DNA of 63,988 nucleotides, filler included, from Basidiobolus ranarum (Eukaryota): NCBI GenBank assembly GCA_040143965.1. It is 3 parts of 3 records of this genome, joined end to end, with 100 filler letters (N's around TTAATTAATTAA, not from the genome) between each part and the next. Parts side by side here need not be neighbours in the genome. Positions count along the whole stretch, not along the records: positions 1 to 23,963 come from JASJQH010007035.1; positions 24,064 to 47,879 come from JASJQH010007036.1; 1 more part is not named here. One strand, 5' to 3'. Shown piece by piece: positions 12,120 to 25,447 of this stretch (position 1 is its first letter; each line of letters starts with the position of its first letter). The notes under the pieces were generated by a model. It saw only the letters and a program-made list of their open reading frames with translations, ran no database searches and was not told where the DNA came from. The position numbers and the translations under genes were made by a program.

Positions 12120-15100
12120 ATGGCCGATAACGACTTTTCTAGCTTATCACTTGAAGAAAAAATCTCTCACAAGGTATATTCTCATTGAATATTCAATCCA
12201 CAGTAAAAAAACCCCTTCCTTAATCAATGTTGTTGTTTTTCTAGGTCTGGAAAGCTCGTTTGCAAGCCTATGAAGAGCTAACCAAATTGTACAAAACTAC
12301 AGATCAAGAGGCAGAGTTCGACAAATACAGTGAGCACTTTAAAAAAATCGTCACTGACTCTAATGTTGCCGCCCAAGAAGCTGGTCTGACTGCAGTACTC
12401 GCTTATGTTGAGAACGCGCCAAATCCCAGCAAGTATGTATTCTTATATACTCCAATAACTATTCAAGAATAGTTTAGTCATGCTTTCTTTCCTATAGGAC
12501 TAGAGATACTGTTGTCCCAGGGATAGTTGAAAAATGTCTTGGAAGTACCCGTGCAGGCACGAAAACTAAAGCAGTCGAGCTGTTGCTATTATATATCGAA
12601 GTGGATGTTCCTGACCCAGTAGTAGAGAGCGTGATAGCCGGCTTGGATAGTAAAGTACCGAAAATGGTAGCTGCTACAGTTTTCGCTCTGAAAGAAATCA
12701 TTCGATCATATGGGGCGAAGGTTGTGAGTGTCAAACCCATTCTCAAAACATTAGCGAAACTCTTCGGTCACGCAGATAAAAATGTACGCGCTGAGAGTAC
12801 CCAGTTGGTTATTGAACTTTATAAGTGGCTTGGCCCTGCTCTTAACCCAGCACTCCAGGATTTAAAGCCTGTACAGGTAATGATTTTAGCAATTCCTTGA
12901 CATGCTGCTTGAATATCTCGGTTAATCAGTTTTGCAGATCAAAGAACTCAATGAAGCATTTGAAAAGCTTCCTGCGGAAAAACCTGTGGCAGAGAGATTA
13001 CTAAGATCCCAACAAGGAATAGAGACCACCACAAATGAGTCTACTGCAGAGGATAGTAAGTCTAACCGTTCACTTTTAAGTGTGATTTTAACCAGGCACT
13101 AACGATAGATCTTTCAAAGACAATCAAGATGATGATGGTTCCCAGCCAATCGAAGATAGTGAGATTGACCCTTATGACCTTGCTGATCCAGTGGATGCTT
13201 TGAAAAAGCTATCACCATCCTTTTACACGGAATTAGCTTCCACTAAATGGAAAGAACGAAAAGAGGCTTTGGAAGGTCTGTTGAGTATCGTTAAAACAAT
13301 CAAATTAGCAGATGACAATTACTCTGAAATGATGGCAGCATTGGCAAAGCGTATCGGAGATGCCAATGTTATGGTCGGAACGATCGCAGCTAATTGTATT
13401 GAAGCTATTGCACTTGGTCTACGAAAAAGCTGTGGCCAGTACAAATCTGTGTTAATCCCACCAATTTTGGAAAAACTCAAAGAGAAAAAGCAAACAGTGG
13501 TGGATGCTTTGCGAGCAGCCCTTGATGCTATTTTCGCTTCAATAGATATATCAGAGTTGGTAGAAGAGGTCACTGCTGCTTCTGGACATAAGAATCCTCA
13601 AGTTAAAGCCGAAACACATAGGTGGTTGACTCGCTGCTTAAAAACCATCAAGTCAGCTCCAGGCAAAGGCGAAATTAAGTGGATAAGCGAACTTTTTCTC
13701 AAAGGACTTGATGATGGTGACACTAATGTTCGTGAGGGAGCTGCAGAAGGCTTAGGTACGTTGATGAAGGCTGTTGGCGAGAAAACCTTGGCGCCTTTCA
13801 TTGAAAAACTCGATAAAATCAAAGAAGCCAAAGTTCGAGAGTATTTTGAGAAAGCGGAAGTTAAGGTGGTTCACACCGTGCCTAAGAAGCCAGCGGCGGC
13901 TCCTAAAAAAGCAGCACCATTACCAAGAAAGCCTGCTCCCGCTGCGCCATCAAACGATACCAATAAGGCCATGAACGATAACGGATTTGACGAGAATATG
14001 ATCCTAAATTCACCAGCCGCTCCCAAAGCCAAACCTCCTGCCAGATTGGCTGCCAGAATGACGAAAAAGCCAGCTTCTGGTGAAGACCAACCTCCTGCTG
14101 CCTCGGCTCCTGCGGCTAAAGTTGCACCGAAAGCTGCTCCACCTAAGCCTGCTGCCAAAGGAGGGGCAGTCAAAGTTGCCGCTGCAAAGCTCAAACCAGA
14201 TGAGCCTATCCGGTTTAAATTCTCTAATGATGATTTTGAAGCTCGCGTACCCGAGGTAATACCCGAGGCTATTCTTAAAGAACTTTTATCGAGTAATTGG
14301 AAGAGTAGATTGGCTGCAATGGAGTCTCTACATACGCATCTGGAGACGAATGCGGAAGACACTGAATCTGAATTAGTAGTACGCCAATTGGTCAAGAAGC
14401 CCGGTTTTAAAGAGGTGAATTTCCAAGTATCTACCAAAATATATGGAGTCTTTCAGCTGCTTTGTGAAAAAGCACCATCTTTTACCAAAGGCTGTGCTGT
14501 TCTAACTGTTGCGGGAATGGCCGAAAAACTTGGCGACATGAAGCTGAAAAAACCAGTTGGAGAATGCTTCTCCGCGTATGGAGAAAAATATTCCCTTCAA
14601 TTTGTCCTTCATCATGGCTATGAATCTTGGAAAAAGGCCAAGAGTCCCAAAGTCTTGGCCGATTCTTTGCTGTGGATTCGCGAAACTCTTTTAGAGTTTG
14701 GTATTGTAGGGTTGGATGTTCGTGAGCTCATCGAATTCTTAAAAACGGCCCTAGGTAGTTCAAACGCCGCTGTACGAAATAATTCAGTTTCAGTCTTGGG
14801 TTGCCTTCGTATGTATGTTGGGCCTGATATTCGTTCATTTGTTCAAGAACTAAGCGCTACTCAGCTCACGACTATTGATGCCGAATTCGCTAAAACCGCT
14901 GACCAGACTCCACCTGAGCCTACTAAAGGGTTAGCATTGTTAGAAACCATCACGGCCGCTCCTAGTGGTAAGGGCGGTGCTGGCAAATCGGCCGATGTCC
15001 TTGATGATCTCTTTCCTCGTGTTGACATCAGCTCTCAAATCAATAGCAAACTCCTTAAACAGCTTGAAGATGGAAATTGGAAGGTTAGAAAGGAGGGATT

Positions 15101-18100
15101 AGAGGAAATTCAAAAAATATTGGAGGCTACAAATAAGAGAATAAAGCCCAATGTTGGTGATCTTCCCGGAGCATTAAAAGGCCGCCTAGGTGATAGTAAT
15201 AAGAATCTAGTAATCATGACTCTAGAGATTCTTTCGACCATGTCCGTTGCCATGGGACAGCCCTTTGAAAAACCTTGTCGAATTGTTCTACCAAGTGTAC
15301 TGGGCTGTTTATCTGATAATAAGGCTCATATCCGTACAGCCGCTATAAGTGCACTGGACAGCTTTCATGAAACTTGTACGCTTGCACCGATGGTTCCTGC
15401 TATTGGAACTGCCCTTGCACCTGACTCCCCTGTTTTACGTAAAGATCTTCTCAAATGGTGTAGTGACAAATTGACTGCTCTTGAAAGTGAAGGCGTGGAG
15501 CTTCCCGACCTTTCTTCATTAGTACGTCCCACCTTTTTATGTCTCCAAGATCGTAGCGCAGATGTCCGCAAAAATGCTCAGACTGTACTTGGCTTCCTAG
15601 TTAAGAATGTCGGATATACTGCTGTGAGAGATCAATGCTCCACTGCTCTCAAGGGATCTTCCCTTCAAACGGTTCTCGCCTTTGTTGATGGATTAAAGCC
15701 TGCTGGAGGTGCTCCCTCCAAACCCTCAGCTGGTCCTAATAAGGTCAGTCCTACTGAGAAGAAAATGGAATTAAGAAGACCACCCTCTGTCGCTAGTAAC
15801 TCTTCTGAGACTAAGCGTTCTGTCTCTGGATCATCAGATGCAAAGAAACCTTCTGGTCCATCCATCGTTGATAAAAAACGGGCTTCTGTCTTGCCTCCAC
15901 CATCGCCTAACAAAAAGAGTGATGAGCCCTTCAACTCAGGTCTTAATTTAAAGCCTCGAGCCATTCTCAACAAAAGAAAATCAATGATGCCGCCTCCAAC
16001 ACAAATTAAAGCACCCTCTCCTAGCCTAGATGCTGAACCACCCATTTTAACATCTGACCCTCGGGCGAAGAACGTGCGTGCTGATAAAGATAGGAACCAG
16101 AACAAATGGGTGTTCGATGCAGTAAGACAGGATCTTGTGGATCTGGTCGCTGACCAGATGAGACCACACTTTAATCCAGATGTTCACAAGTTACTATTTA
16201 GTATGGAACACAACCGTGATCGTGATATGCTATCCGGTCTTACCATTCTGGATGAGTGTATTGCAAATAGACACTATGCTCAAGATCGATTTGGTATTGA
16301 TTTTGATGATCTCAAAGAGCGTTATGTTGCCAACTCTGATACGTTGTTGAAATATTTGACTTTACGTTTCTACGATACTAATACTAGTCTGTCACTGAAA
16401 ACTCTGGAGCTTCTAGAGCATTTGATAAGTTTGCTTGACGAAGATGGCTATCATCTTTCCGAGTATGAAGCCTCAGCCTTTTTACCCCAACTCATCAATA
16501 AGCTTGGTGAGCCGAAAGAAGTGCTTAGGAATCAACTCCGTTCTATACTCAAACAAGTCTATCATTTGTACAGTCCTAACAAGGTGGTTGTTTACGTTTT
16601 GGAGCATGGTCTGAAGTCCAAGAATGCTCGTACTAGAGCGGAATGTCTCGATGAACTCAGTAATCTTATAAAAGTCCACGGTATTAATGTCATTCCCATC
16701 AAAAGCTTCCCTGTTATTGCGTCTCACATTGGTGATCGTGATGCGCAGGTTCGTAACAACGCTTTAAGTGCTATCGTACAAGCCTACCTTCAAATTGGCG
16801 ATACAATTTATAAGTACACTGGGAAATTAAGTGACAAAGAGAAGACAATGCTTGATGAGAAATTAAAGAGAAGTAAGCCCGCAACCGCTTCAGCGCCGGC
16901 ATTACCCAAGCCACAAGAACGTCCCGCTACACCACAATCTAAATTGACGCTCCCACGAGCTGGAACTTCCCTTGGTCACTTTGATTCTCACTTTGATAAA
17001 TCTCCAGGGCGTCTCCAGCGTCCCATGTCAACCCTCCCTAAGCCTTCATCTGCCCTTCCTCGTCCCTCCTCCTCTTTAGCCAAACCTTCTATGTTCCCTA
17101 GACCATCGTCTGCTTTATCAAACTCCTCTTCTCTTTCTATTTCACCCTCATCATCACCCAAGCCCCATAGGCCAATGTCATTCTTACCACGACCTGGAGG
17201 ATTGTGCAAAGAGGAGATGACTCCCGAGAGAGGAACCCCTGATTTGCCATTAACCCCCGCGTTCCACGAGTATCAATCTCCTCAAGCAGTTTCCCGCGCA
17301 CCTATATTTGATAGCACCTTCACTCCAACCGCCTCGCAAATCGGACCTATCCAACCTAAGGTTGATAAACATAGAGTGGATATGTTCGCATCGAAAATCA
17401 CCACAGCCGATGCTTCAGAGATCGTCTTGTTGATGAAGAGTATTGGGGATATACTTAATGACGACTACACAGCCCTTCTTCCTAATCTAAACAATATTGT
17501 TTCTGCAATGACTCTCAAGATTCATATTCTCTTCGAGGAGCCAGAGCTGGAATCTCAACCTTGGTGTAGACAAATCAAGCACATGCTTTTGGTTTTCACC
17601 AAAATGTTTATGAAAAAAGATGTTGCGTACAATCTTCGTGTTGATGTGTTAGAGAATACTATCGAAGAGATCCTTAAACTTCTGTTGTTGGAGGATTTGC
17701 AAAAGGTTGAGCAGACCTCAAACTCTCCATCCATGGATAAGACTTTGAACACGCTCTTGACCAAGACCATTGATCATACCGATCAAAATGTCTTGTACCA
17801 AGCACTCTTTAACCTTTATGAGAGAACCTTGGCGGATTTCCTTAGTCGGCCCAAGGATTTCGATATCACTGCCACTGAATCAGACGAATACAAGCTGTTT
17901 GACGTGGTGCAAAAGTGTATCTGGAAATCTTCTAGATCTCTAAAGATTCACATCGAACAAAGAACTATTGATTTGGATCGCCTCTTCGTGATGATCCATG
18001 AATTCCTTACTCGTGTTAATCCCACCGAATGGAGAAAGAAAGCCCATGCCAAGGGCCTTAATACCCAAGACAATCCCATGAAAACAGCCAAGGCAGTGCT

Positions 18101-18959
18101 CTTCCATGCTGCTGGTACTCTTCAGGCTGATGTCTTGCAACATGTCAGTTTAATCCCTAGTCCGGAATCGTCACTTGTGGTTGTTTACTTGCGCTCGTAT
18201 CTTGACAAAACCATCATGAAGAACAGCCCTTCGATATCTGGATCCCCAGTAATCGATACTAATGGATCTAGCAGTAGTCCTTCCATATCTACCACCCCCT
18301 CCTCTGGTCCTTTGGGCTCCAGATCTAACACTGAAAACCCCTCAGAGGATGAGAGCCACTCACGAACATCAGAGTCGCACAATACCAATGAAAATGATGA
18401 GTGGGACGAGAATGGTGTCAGAGAAGCTAACTTGGCACAAGAGATGTCACCAACAGATCAGATGAATCTTAAGCTGGACAGAATATTTGAACTCATCTAC
18501 GACCGCAAACACACCAAGCAGGGAGTTAGTGAGTTACATGATTACCTACAGATACATCCAGAAGCCCAAGACGAATTTGAGAAGCGCCTTGCTAAAGCTA
18601 GCAAATACTTCCAAAGCTTCATCCGAAGAAGTCTGTCTAACCTATCAGGGGATTTCCAATCTCCTGATCTAAGATCACCCATGTCATCCCATACTCAGTC
18701 ACAGTCACCCGCACCACGGAGTAGCTCGCGTATCTCCTATAGAGAATCAGTGGCTTCTTTTGAGGAACTCTTGGGTCAGCAGGCTAAAGCAGAGCCAGAT
18801 AGCTCACAACACGTCCGCATTCAAGAGATCCAACGGATGTTCGGCTTCCGTCGAGGTTCACTAGAGAGTCACTCGGACACTGATAGTCCAGCTGCAGATG
18901 AGAAGCTGACTTCATCTCCCCGGACTCAATTAGCGAATCCATTTGTTGGTGACATTTAA
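12120..18959 (+). CDS. STU2: XMAP215/Dis1/Stu2 microtubule polymerase, ~2192 aa; exons 12120-12173, 12245-12432, 12498-12876, 12938-13055, 13120-18959
   Basis: TOG HEAT-A motifs HKVWKARL, STKWKERKEALE, SSNWKSRLAAME, DGNWKVRKEGLE plus a TOG5-like region (SKNARTRAECLDEL). Exons sum to 6579 nt in frame. Confidence 0.93.
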
Positions 18960-19925
18960 ATACTTACCATTTATCTTTCGTCTATATAACATTCCCTCCA
19001 CCCTACTTTCTGTACAACTTCAATACATCCCATTTCCCTATATGATTCGCTTTTAATTGATTTACATTTCGGGAATCCGCTCTCCAGCTACATTTCATAT
19101 TGTAATTTAATAAGCGTCTTTTGTTCTCCCTCTCACAAGGGCGTTAACCCAGTTAAACCACATTATCTTTGGCTGATTTGCAATACAGAAGCAACGGCAG
19201 TTAATGGAACTGTTCTGTTACTTAATGGTCGGATCATTCGACGAGCTTAGCACATCAAATAACTTTTTTAATTCTTGTGAAAATGGAAACCCCCCTCCCG
19301 TCTCTATTTATCTATTCATTTTATCTTTGCACTCAGTTTAGAGCTACGTTATTACCGATTCATTGCTTACCATTGCCTATATCTTTATTACACATCTAAT
19401 GTCTTGTATGGATACACATAAATACCATCACTAAATATTCTTGAACTTGAGACTTGGTGAATCTGCACATACTAGTATTCACATCACCCGATCTAAATTC
19501 ATATGCGTATCTTAACTAGATGATCCCATCACGTGATTCAGGTGTCAACAAACCATTGATTGGAAAGTTTATCATTAATCAACATCACTCGCATGACTTA
19601 CGCCAACGGTTCATGTAGCAGGATTATATAATAGTTATAGTTAAGAAATGCATCGTATGCACTTGACTAGGGATTTTTGTCAGATGAAATGCACTGGTCA
19701 ATTTGTAGAGTAGAAAAACATCGGCATTATTCGTTCATATTAAGGGCTCCTATGGCATACCCTAGAATCATGGACCATCTGGTTTGCTTCATTCCATACC
19801 TTAGATAACCCCCTTAAGTTTTCTCAACTATCGCAGCGCCAAACATATTGCTCATTCGACGTTTGAACTACGATTGAAAGACCTAGTCTATATAAAGCGA
19901 GTCATTCGGAAGAAGTGATAAAAGT

Positions 19926-21829
19926 ATGTCGACCTCATTATTGACGAGTCGTCAACGAGAAGAATTGTATGTATGCTCACTGATATTATTTTTCCTTTGG
20001 AGATTTTCTTTGGTGGTATAAACCATCCAAGTTGATGTTGGAATAGCCTTAACAAAGACCCCTTTTCACTCTATATTTATTATCCTAAAACCAACCAAAC
20101 TTAGCTATTGGGTTTATTACAAACCTACGTTTGAATGGGAATATATTTATTCATCTCGTCTCACCTCATCCTTTATTTCTTTTTTATGAAAGACAACGCG
20201 CCATCCTTGACTTTCTACATGTCAACGGTTATACAGAATCTTACGAAGTATTGAAACGAGAAACCTCTAATGAAGAGTTCAATCCTGATCCAAAGCAAAA
20301 ATACTCTGGACTATTGGAGAAAAAATGGACTTCTGTTATCAGACTACAGAAAAAAGTATACTTTTTAATCAAACTAAACAAAACCCTCTTACTTTTCAAC
20401 TTTGAAACTAAACCACCCTTTCTTCTCGTTGTTATTTGTAACATAGATTATGGATTTAGAAAAGCAACTGTCTCAAATGCAAGAGGAACTAAGCGCGGCC
20501 CCAGTTCGTAAAGCTGCCAACTCGGTGGATTGGATTCCTAGACCTCCAGAGAAGTACACTTTAACTGGTCACCGAAACCCCGTTACTCGAGTTGCTTTTC
20601 ATCCAGTATTTTCTATCATGGCCTCTGCCTCTGAGGATACTACCATCAAAATCTGGGATTATGAAACCGGAGAATTCGAGCGCACACTAAAAGGCCATAC
20701 GAAGGCTGTCACTGATATATCGTTCGACAGTAAAGGGAACTATCTTGGTAAACATTTCTTTATCGTTTTTAGGTGACATGTAAGATTCTTAATTGTATCT
20801 GTCTTCCCCACTAGCCTCTTGTTCCGCTGACCTAACCATCAAGATATGGGACTTGGCGAATGATTACAAATGTATTAAGACTTTATTTGGTCACGATCAC
20901 AGTATCTCTTCTGTCATCTTCTTCCCTGCGGGAGACAAAATAATCTCTGCATCTAGAGATAAAACTATTAGAATATGGGATTTCGCTTCTGGGTAGGATC
21001 TGTTTGAATTTCTCTTGGTTTTACCGCTCAACTTCCTCTAACTGATATCTCATATAGGTATTGTGTGAAAACACTCCTTGGCCATGCGGATTGGGTTCGT
21101 ACAGTTGCTATTTCTGAGGATAGTAAGCTACTAGTGTCGGCCTCTAATGACCAGGTATGGCACAATCTATGTCATCACTCTTAGCGAGACTTGTAACCAA
21201 CGTTCTTTTTGTAGAGCGTGAAAATATGGGACGTTGCTTCTGGTGAATGCAAACTTGATCTTAGAGGGCATGAACATGTGGTTGAATGTGCCATTTTTGC
21301 ACCAACATTGGCATACCCCTTTATCAAAGAACTCATTGGTATCAATGTTAGTATGGACTATTGACAAACAGCACCCAATCCATCCGAAAATCACAGCTTA
21401 ATCCGTATTATTGTGCATTTCTTAGGGAACCACTACTAAAGAGCAGCCCCTTCCAGGACAGTACATAGCTTCAGGCTCTCGAGATAAAACCATCAAACTT
21501 TGGGATGCTAGCGGCCAATGTATTCGCACGTTTGTAAGTGAATGTATCCGTGTATATGCAAAGGACGACAGTGTTTTCTAAACAGATTGCTTACATAGAT
21601 TGGCCATGATAACTGGATTCGTGGACTGGTGTTCCATCCCAGCGGCAAGTTCTTGATCAGCGCATCCGATGACAAGACCCTCAAGATATGGGAGATCAAG
21701 ACTGGGCGATGTGTTAAAACTTTAGAAGCCCATAGCCACTTTGTAACCTGCGCAGCTTTTAATTCACTTAGCCCAGTTGTTGCTACCGGAAGTGTAGATC
21801 AATCGATTAAGATATGGGAATGTCGATAG
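19926..21829 (+). CDS. nudF: LIS1/NudF/Pac1 dynein regulator (LisH, coiled coil, WD40 repeats), multi-exon
   Basis: [47 protein letters not shown] repeats, C-terminal [18 protein letters not shown]-like TATATAAA near 19889. Confidence 0.95.
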
Positions 21830-22649
21830 ATTCCATAATATGTGTTATTTCATCATCGGAACTTGCTTTTCTTAACAATATCTATTCTGTTATTATGTCC
21901 TATGATTTGTTTTGCTGAGCAATCTCTCACTCCCCCTCCCTCTTCCCCTCTCTCTCCCTCTCCCCCTCCCCCCTTCTCTATCCTGCAAAAATCAACTAAT
22001 ATCATTCCATCACATGTTTGTCTTTGCTTACTCTCTTTCTATTGGTCATACTTGACTTTGTTTCGTTTTCGCTTTCTTTTATTACTACTTGTTTGATTAA
22101 ATGTGTCAAATAACTACCTCCCATATATACATTCATAAATCCACCCATTACTTTTAGATCAATGAAGTCGAATCCCCCTTATTCAATTCAAGGTCGTTTC
22201 CATTCCAACTTCTTTTCCCCTCTTATCTATGGAGTAATACCCCTCCTCCCTCCCCCTTACATAAAATACTTCCTTTTATACACACATTATATATCTAAAA
22301 TATAGATGATTCTAAAAATCCATATTAAATTCAATCCATTAAAAATTCCACTCCAAATTATTCTTATTTTATGAAAAATCCCCCTCCCTGCATTTACATA
22401 TTAAACTTTATTCCTTCATATTTGATTCAATTCAAGGAATTTGTTTTTTATTACATTTAAAAATCTCATCTTTAATGACTTTTTATCACTTGGAATTTGT
22501 TGACTTTATCAGTGACTATTTTTATAGTAACTATAAAAGTTGGTTGATTCATATTGAGGTTACTTTATATCATATTCAAATTGGAAGTCAAACATTAATT
22601 CTTGGATTCACTTGTGTTTTTCCTACATCTAAGTGAAATGTGACTAAAA

Positions 22650-22891
22650 ACTGTTTTTGGGAGCCTGTTGGAAGTGATTTGGAGAACTAGAGAAATTGGT
22701 GGCTTTAACTTATTAATTTTTTAAGTAGAAAATTGATATTTTTACTTTTGTTAAGTTGTAAACTAAAAAATGTGTAGGATGTGCTAAGGAAGGTCCCAGG
22801 AACATGTGTGCAAGGTTTGCATCTTCTTTAAAGGAATCTATATATCTTCAAACTTCTATGTAAATTCTGATACCAAATAATGGGTAATATC
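22650..22891 (-). mobile_element. Older degenerate LTR fragment of the same copia family, cut by the element at 22892
   Basis: TTTGGGAGCCTGTTGGAAGTG...AATAATGGGTAATATC matches the family LTR and stops exactly where the next TGTTAAAG begins. Confidence 0.8.
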
Positions 22892-23963
22892 TGTTAAAGT
22901 ATTTGGGAGCCTGTTGGAAGTGGTTTGGATAATTAGAGGAATTGATGGTTTTCACTTGTTGATTTATTGAGTATTCAGTTGACATTTATAATTTTGTCAC
23001 AATGTAAGCAAACTAACATGTAGAATGTTCTAAGGAAGGTCCCAGGAACATGTGTGCAAAGTCTGGGGCTTCTAGCACAAATTTGAAAAATCTATATATG
23101 TGAAAACTTCTAAGTTGGTAAAAATATTCCAAGAAAATTCTGATTGAGAATAATGGTTAATATCTTGGTGAATTGTAAGATAACTAAGTACTAAGCTATT
23201 TATAACTATATATGTGTTTAGGCAATGGTAATTTTAACACTCTCCCTCAACTAAATAGTCATATAAACTAATCCTAATAAAGGTCTAAATTTCACCAATT
23301 TCTGTCTAGCTAATGTTTTGATTAATATATCAGCAATCATGTCTTCTGTAGAACAATACATTAAGTCAGTAAACTTATTCTCTATAGTCTCTCTAATGAA
23401 ACAAAGCTTAATATCATATGTTTGCTTCTATTGTGAAACATGGGATTTTCAGCTAATTTGATGCAACTTTGATTATCTTGAAATATTGTAGTTGGTTAAT
23501 TTTAAGAATAACCTAGATCTGTTAAGAGCTTTCTTAACCAAATTGCTTCTTTTGTTGCTTCACAGGCAGCCATGTATTCTGCTTCTGGTGTTGAAAGTGC
23601 TATGGTAAGTTGTTTCTTGGAATTCCAAGAAATAGCACCATTACAGCAAAGAAATAAGTATCCTGTTGTAAATCTTCTGTCTTCAATATCTCTTCCCCAA
23701 TTAGCATCTGAATGTCCCATCAGATCAAAGTTTGATCCTGAATACGAGTATTTTAAGCACAGAACCACAGTTCCTTCCAAATATCTGAAAATCTGCTTAA
23801 CTGCTATGGTTTGATCAGATCCATAAGTTTGAAGATATTAGGACATAATTCACACAGAATAAGCAATATCTGGCCATATCCCAACCATGATATACAGCAA
23901 ACTACCAACCATAGATTGAAAAGGAAATTTCTGGCTTTCATTTGAATCCAAAAACATCTCATT
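22892..23963 (-). mobile_element. Ty1/copia 3' portion: 3' LTR 22892-23239, PPT 23240-23249, decayed RT/RNase H; runs into the gap
   Basis: TG...CA LTR of 348 bp; PPT TGAGGGAGAG on the minus strand; RNase H motifs SDANWG, ISWNSKKQ, ALSTPEAEYMA with stops and frameshifts. Confidence 0.92.
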
Positions 23964-24063
23964 NNNNNNNNNNNNNNNNNNNNNNNNNNNNNNNNNNNNN
24001 NNNNNNNTTAATTAATTAANNNNNNNNNNNNNNNNNNNNNNNNNNNNNNNNNNNNNNNNNNNN
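23964..24063. other. Assembly gap (100 bp) with TTAATTAATTAA spacer
   Basis: N-run with central TTAATTAATTAA; identical construct at 47880-47979. Confidence 0.98.
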
Positions 24064-24747
24064 AACAACACCAGCAATCTCAGTTTGAATGGGTCTACGC
24101 CACTGATGGGTATAGAGAATAGTGAAACAATATTTGATTGATATAACTTTTGTTAATATTATCCTTTTATTTATCAAGTTCGGTCCCACCCAATGCTATT
24201 CAGGGAGGTATAGAGGCTGATGGAAAGCCTCTATTTATTGCTAGGTAAGTTTTTTTTAGTTTTGAAAGCAAGATGCTTTATCAAAAGCCGGTATATCCTA
24301 GAGGCTAAATTTTCCTCTCATTTTCAGACAATATTATCAAGGTGGACTTCATCCTGGTAAAACTGCACCTCATCTCAAAGGACTTGCCATTGGTTATGGA
24401 GGTAAATATTTTGAAGCAATCTAAACGTCTAGTTAAATAGAATATTCACTTTTTACTTTTGTTTTTCAGGTAAAGAAATTACTTTGAAAGAATATTACGT
24501 ATTATGTGGTGATGCTAGAAAATTACGTTGGATCGAGTGTAAAGGTCCAGTTAATCCTGAATCTTGGAAACCAGTGGAAGGTGGTGAAGAAAAAGATGGT
24601 CAACTATTATATATCGCCAAAGTACGTACATCTGGTGGTGAACATCTTGGAAAGATTGGTCCCCACTTCAAAGGAGGTATGACTTACAGTTATGGTGGAA
24701 AAGAGAAGACATGCAATGACACCTACTATGTATTGGCCTACCTTTAA
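24064..24747 (+). CDS. DM9-repeat (DUF3421-like) lectin-type protein, copy A; 5' end lost in gap; introns 24110-24178, 24245-24327, 24402-24469
   Basis: Spliced frame QFEWVYATDGSVPPNAIQGGIEADGKPLFIAR...PGK...IGYGGKE...YYVL repeated twice; all three introns GT-AG and frame-consistent. Confidence 0.88.
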
Positions 24748-24976
24748 TGTATAGTAAGTGTACATCTACATTCTGAAAACAGTGGCTGAACGTTACATAC
24801 TTGCCATATATAAATCGAAATTAATAAAAAGATATTTGTAAAAGCAAAAATTTCTAAATACAAAAGTATTATATATTCGGTCTCAAATAGTATTAATATC
24901 AGTTTATTTTGGTGAGCAGTAAAAGATACAGAAAGAAGTTGGTGGATGTATACGATTTTAAGTTACTTTACACGAA

Positions 24977-25447
24977 TTAAACAAGAGATAGAACATAATA
25001 ATCATCGGCTTGTCTTTCTTTACCACCATAACCGAAGTTAATACCATGCTTAAAGTGAGTACCAACTTTACCGATGTGTTCACCACCTTCATAACGAGTC
25101 TTTCCAATGAACAACTCCTTACCATCTTGCTCATGACCTGCCTCAAGGGGAATCCAGTTCTGGGGCTGAACAGGACCCTTAGCCTCGACCCACTTAAGAG
25201 TGCGAGCATCACCAACCAAAACATAATATTCATCGAAATGAACTTCTTTACCTCCATAGCCAATGTTTAAGCCACCCAAGTGAGGAGCAGCCTTACCGAT
25301 TTGAAGACCACCTTCATGGAATTGACGAGCAACGAATAAAGGTTTACCATCAGGTTCGACACCACCTTGGACGGCATTAGGAGGGATCTGACCCTTAGTA
25401 GCGAAAACCCATTCGAGTTGAGGTGAGGATCTGGCGATTTTAGACAT
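24977..25447 (-). CDS. DM9-repeat protein, copy B, ~156 aa (start uncertain; possible 5' intron 25431-25550 with an upstream ATG)
   Basis: EWVFATKGQIPPNAVQGGVEPDGKPLFVAR...GYGGKE...YYVL twice; about 60% identical to copy A by eye. Confidence 0.88.
   Translation of the reverse strand: MSKIARSSPQLEWVFATKGQIPPNAVQGGVEPDGKPLFVARQFHEGGLQIGKAAPHLGGLNIGYGGKEVHFDEYYVLVGDARTLKWVEAKGPVQPQNWIPLEAGHEQDGKELFIGKTRYEGGEHIGKVGTHFKHGINFGYGGKERQADDYYVLSLV

Noticed and set aside
13319..18672. Many antisense and alternate-frame ORFs within STU2 (up to 188 aa)
   Set aside because: Expected shadows of a long Ala/Pro/Ser-rich coding exon; no motifs.
21842..22096. 84-aa ORF with a hydrophobic start and Pro-rich centre after nudF
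   Set aside because: Starts at a non-ATG codon 12 nt after the stop and is a translation of the pyrimidine-rich 3' UTR.
23964..24063. Palindromic TTAATTAATTAA inside N-runs (also 47880-47979)
   Set aside because: Scaffolding spacer, not biological sequence; true gap size unknown.
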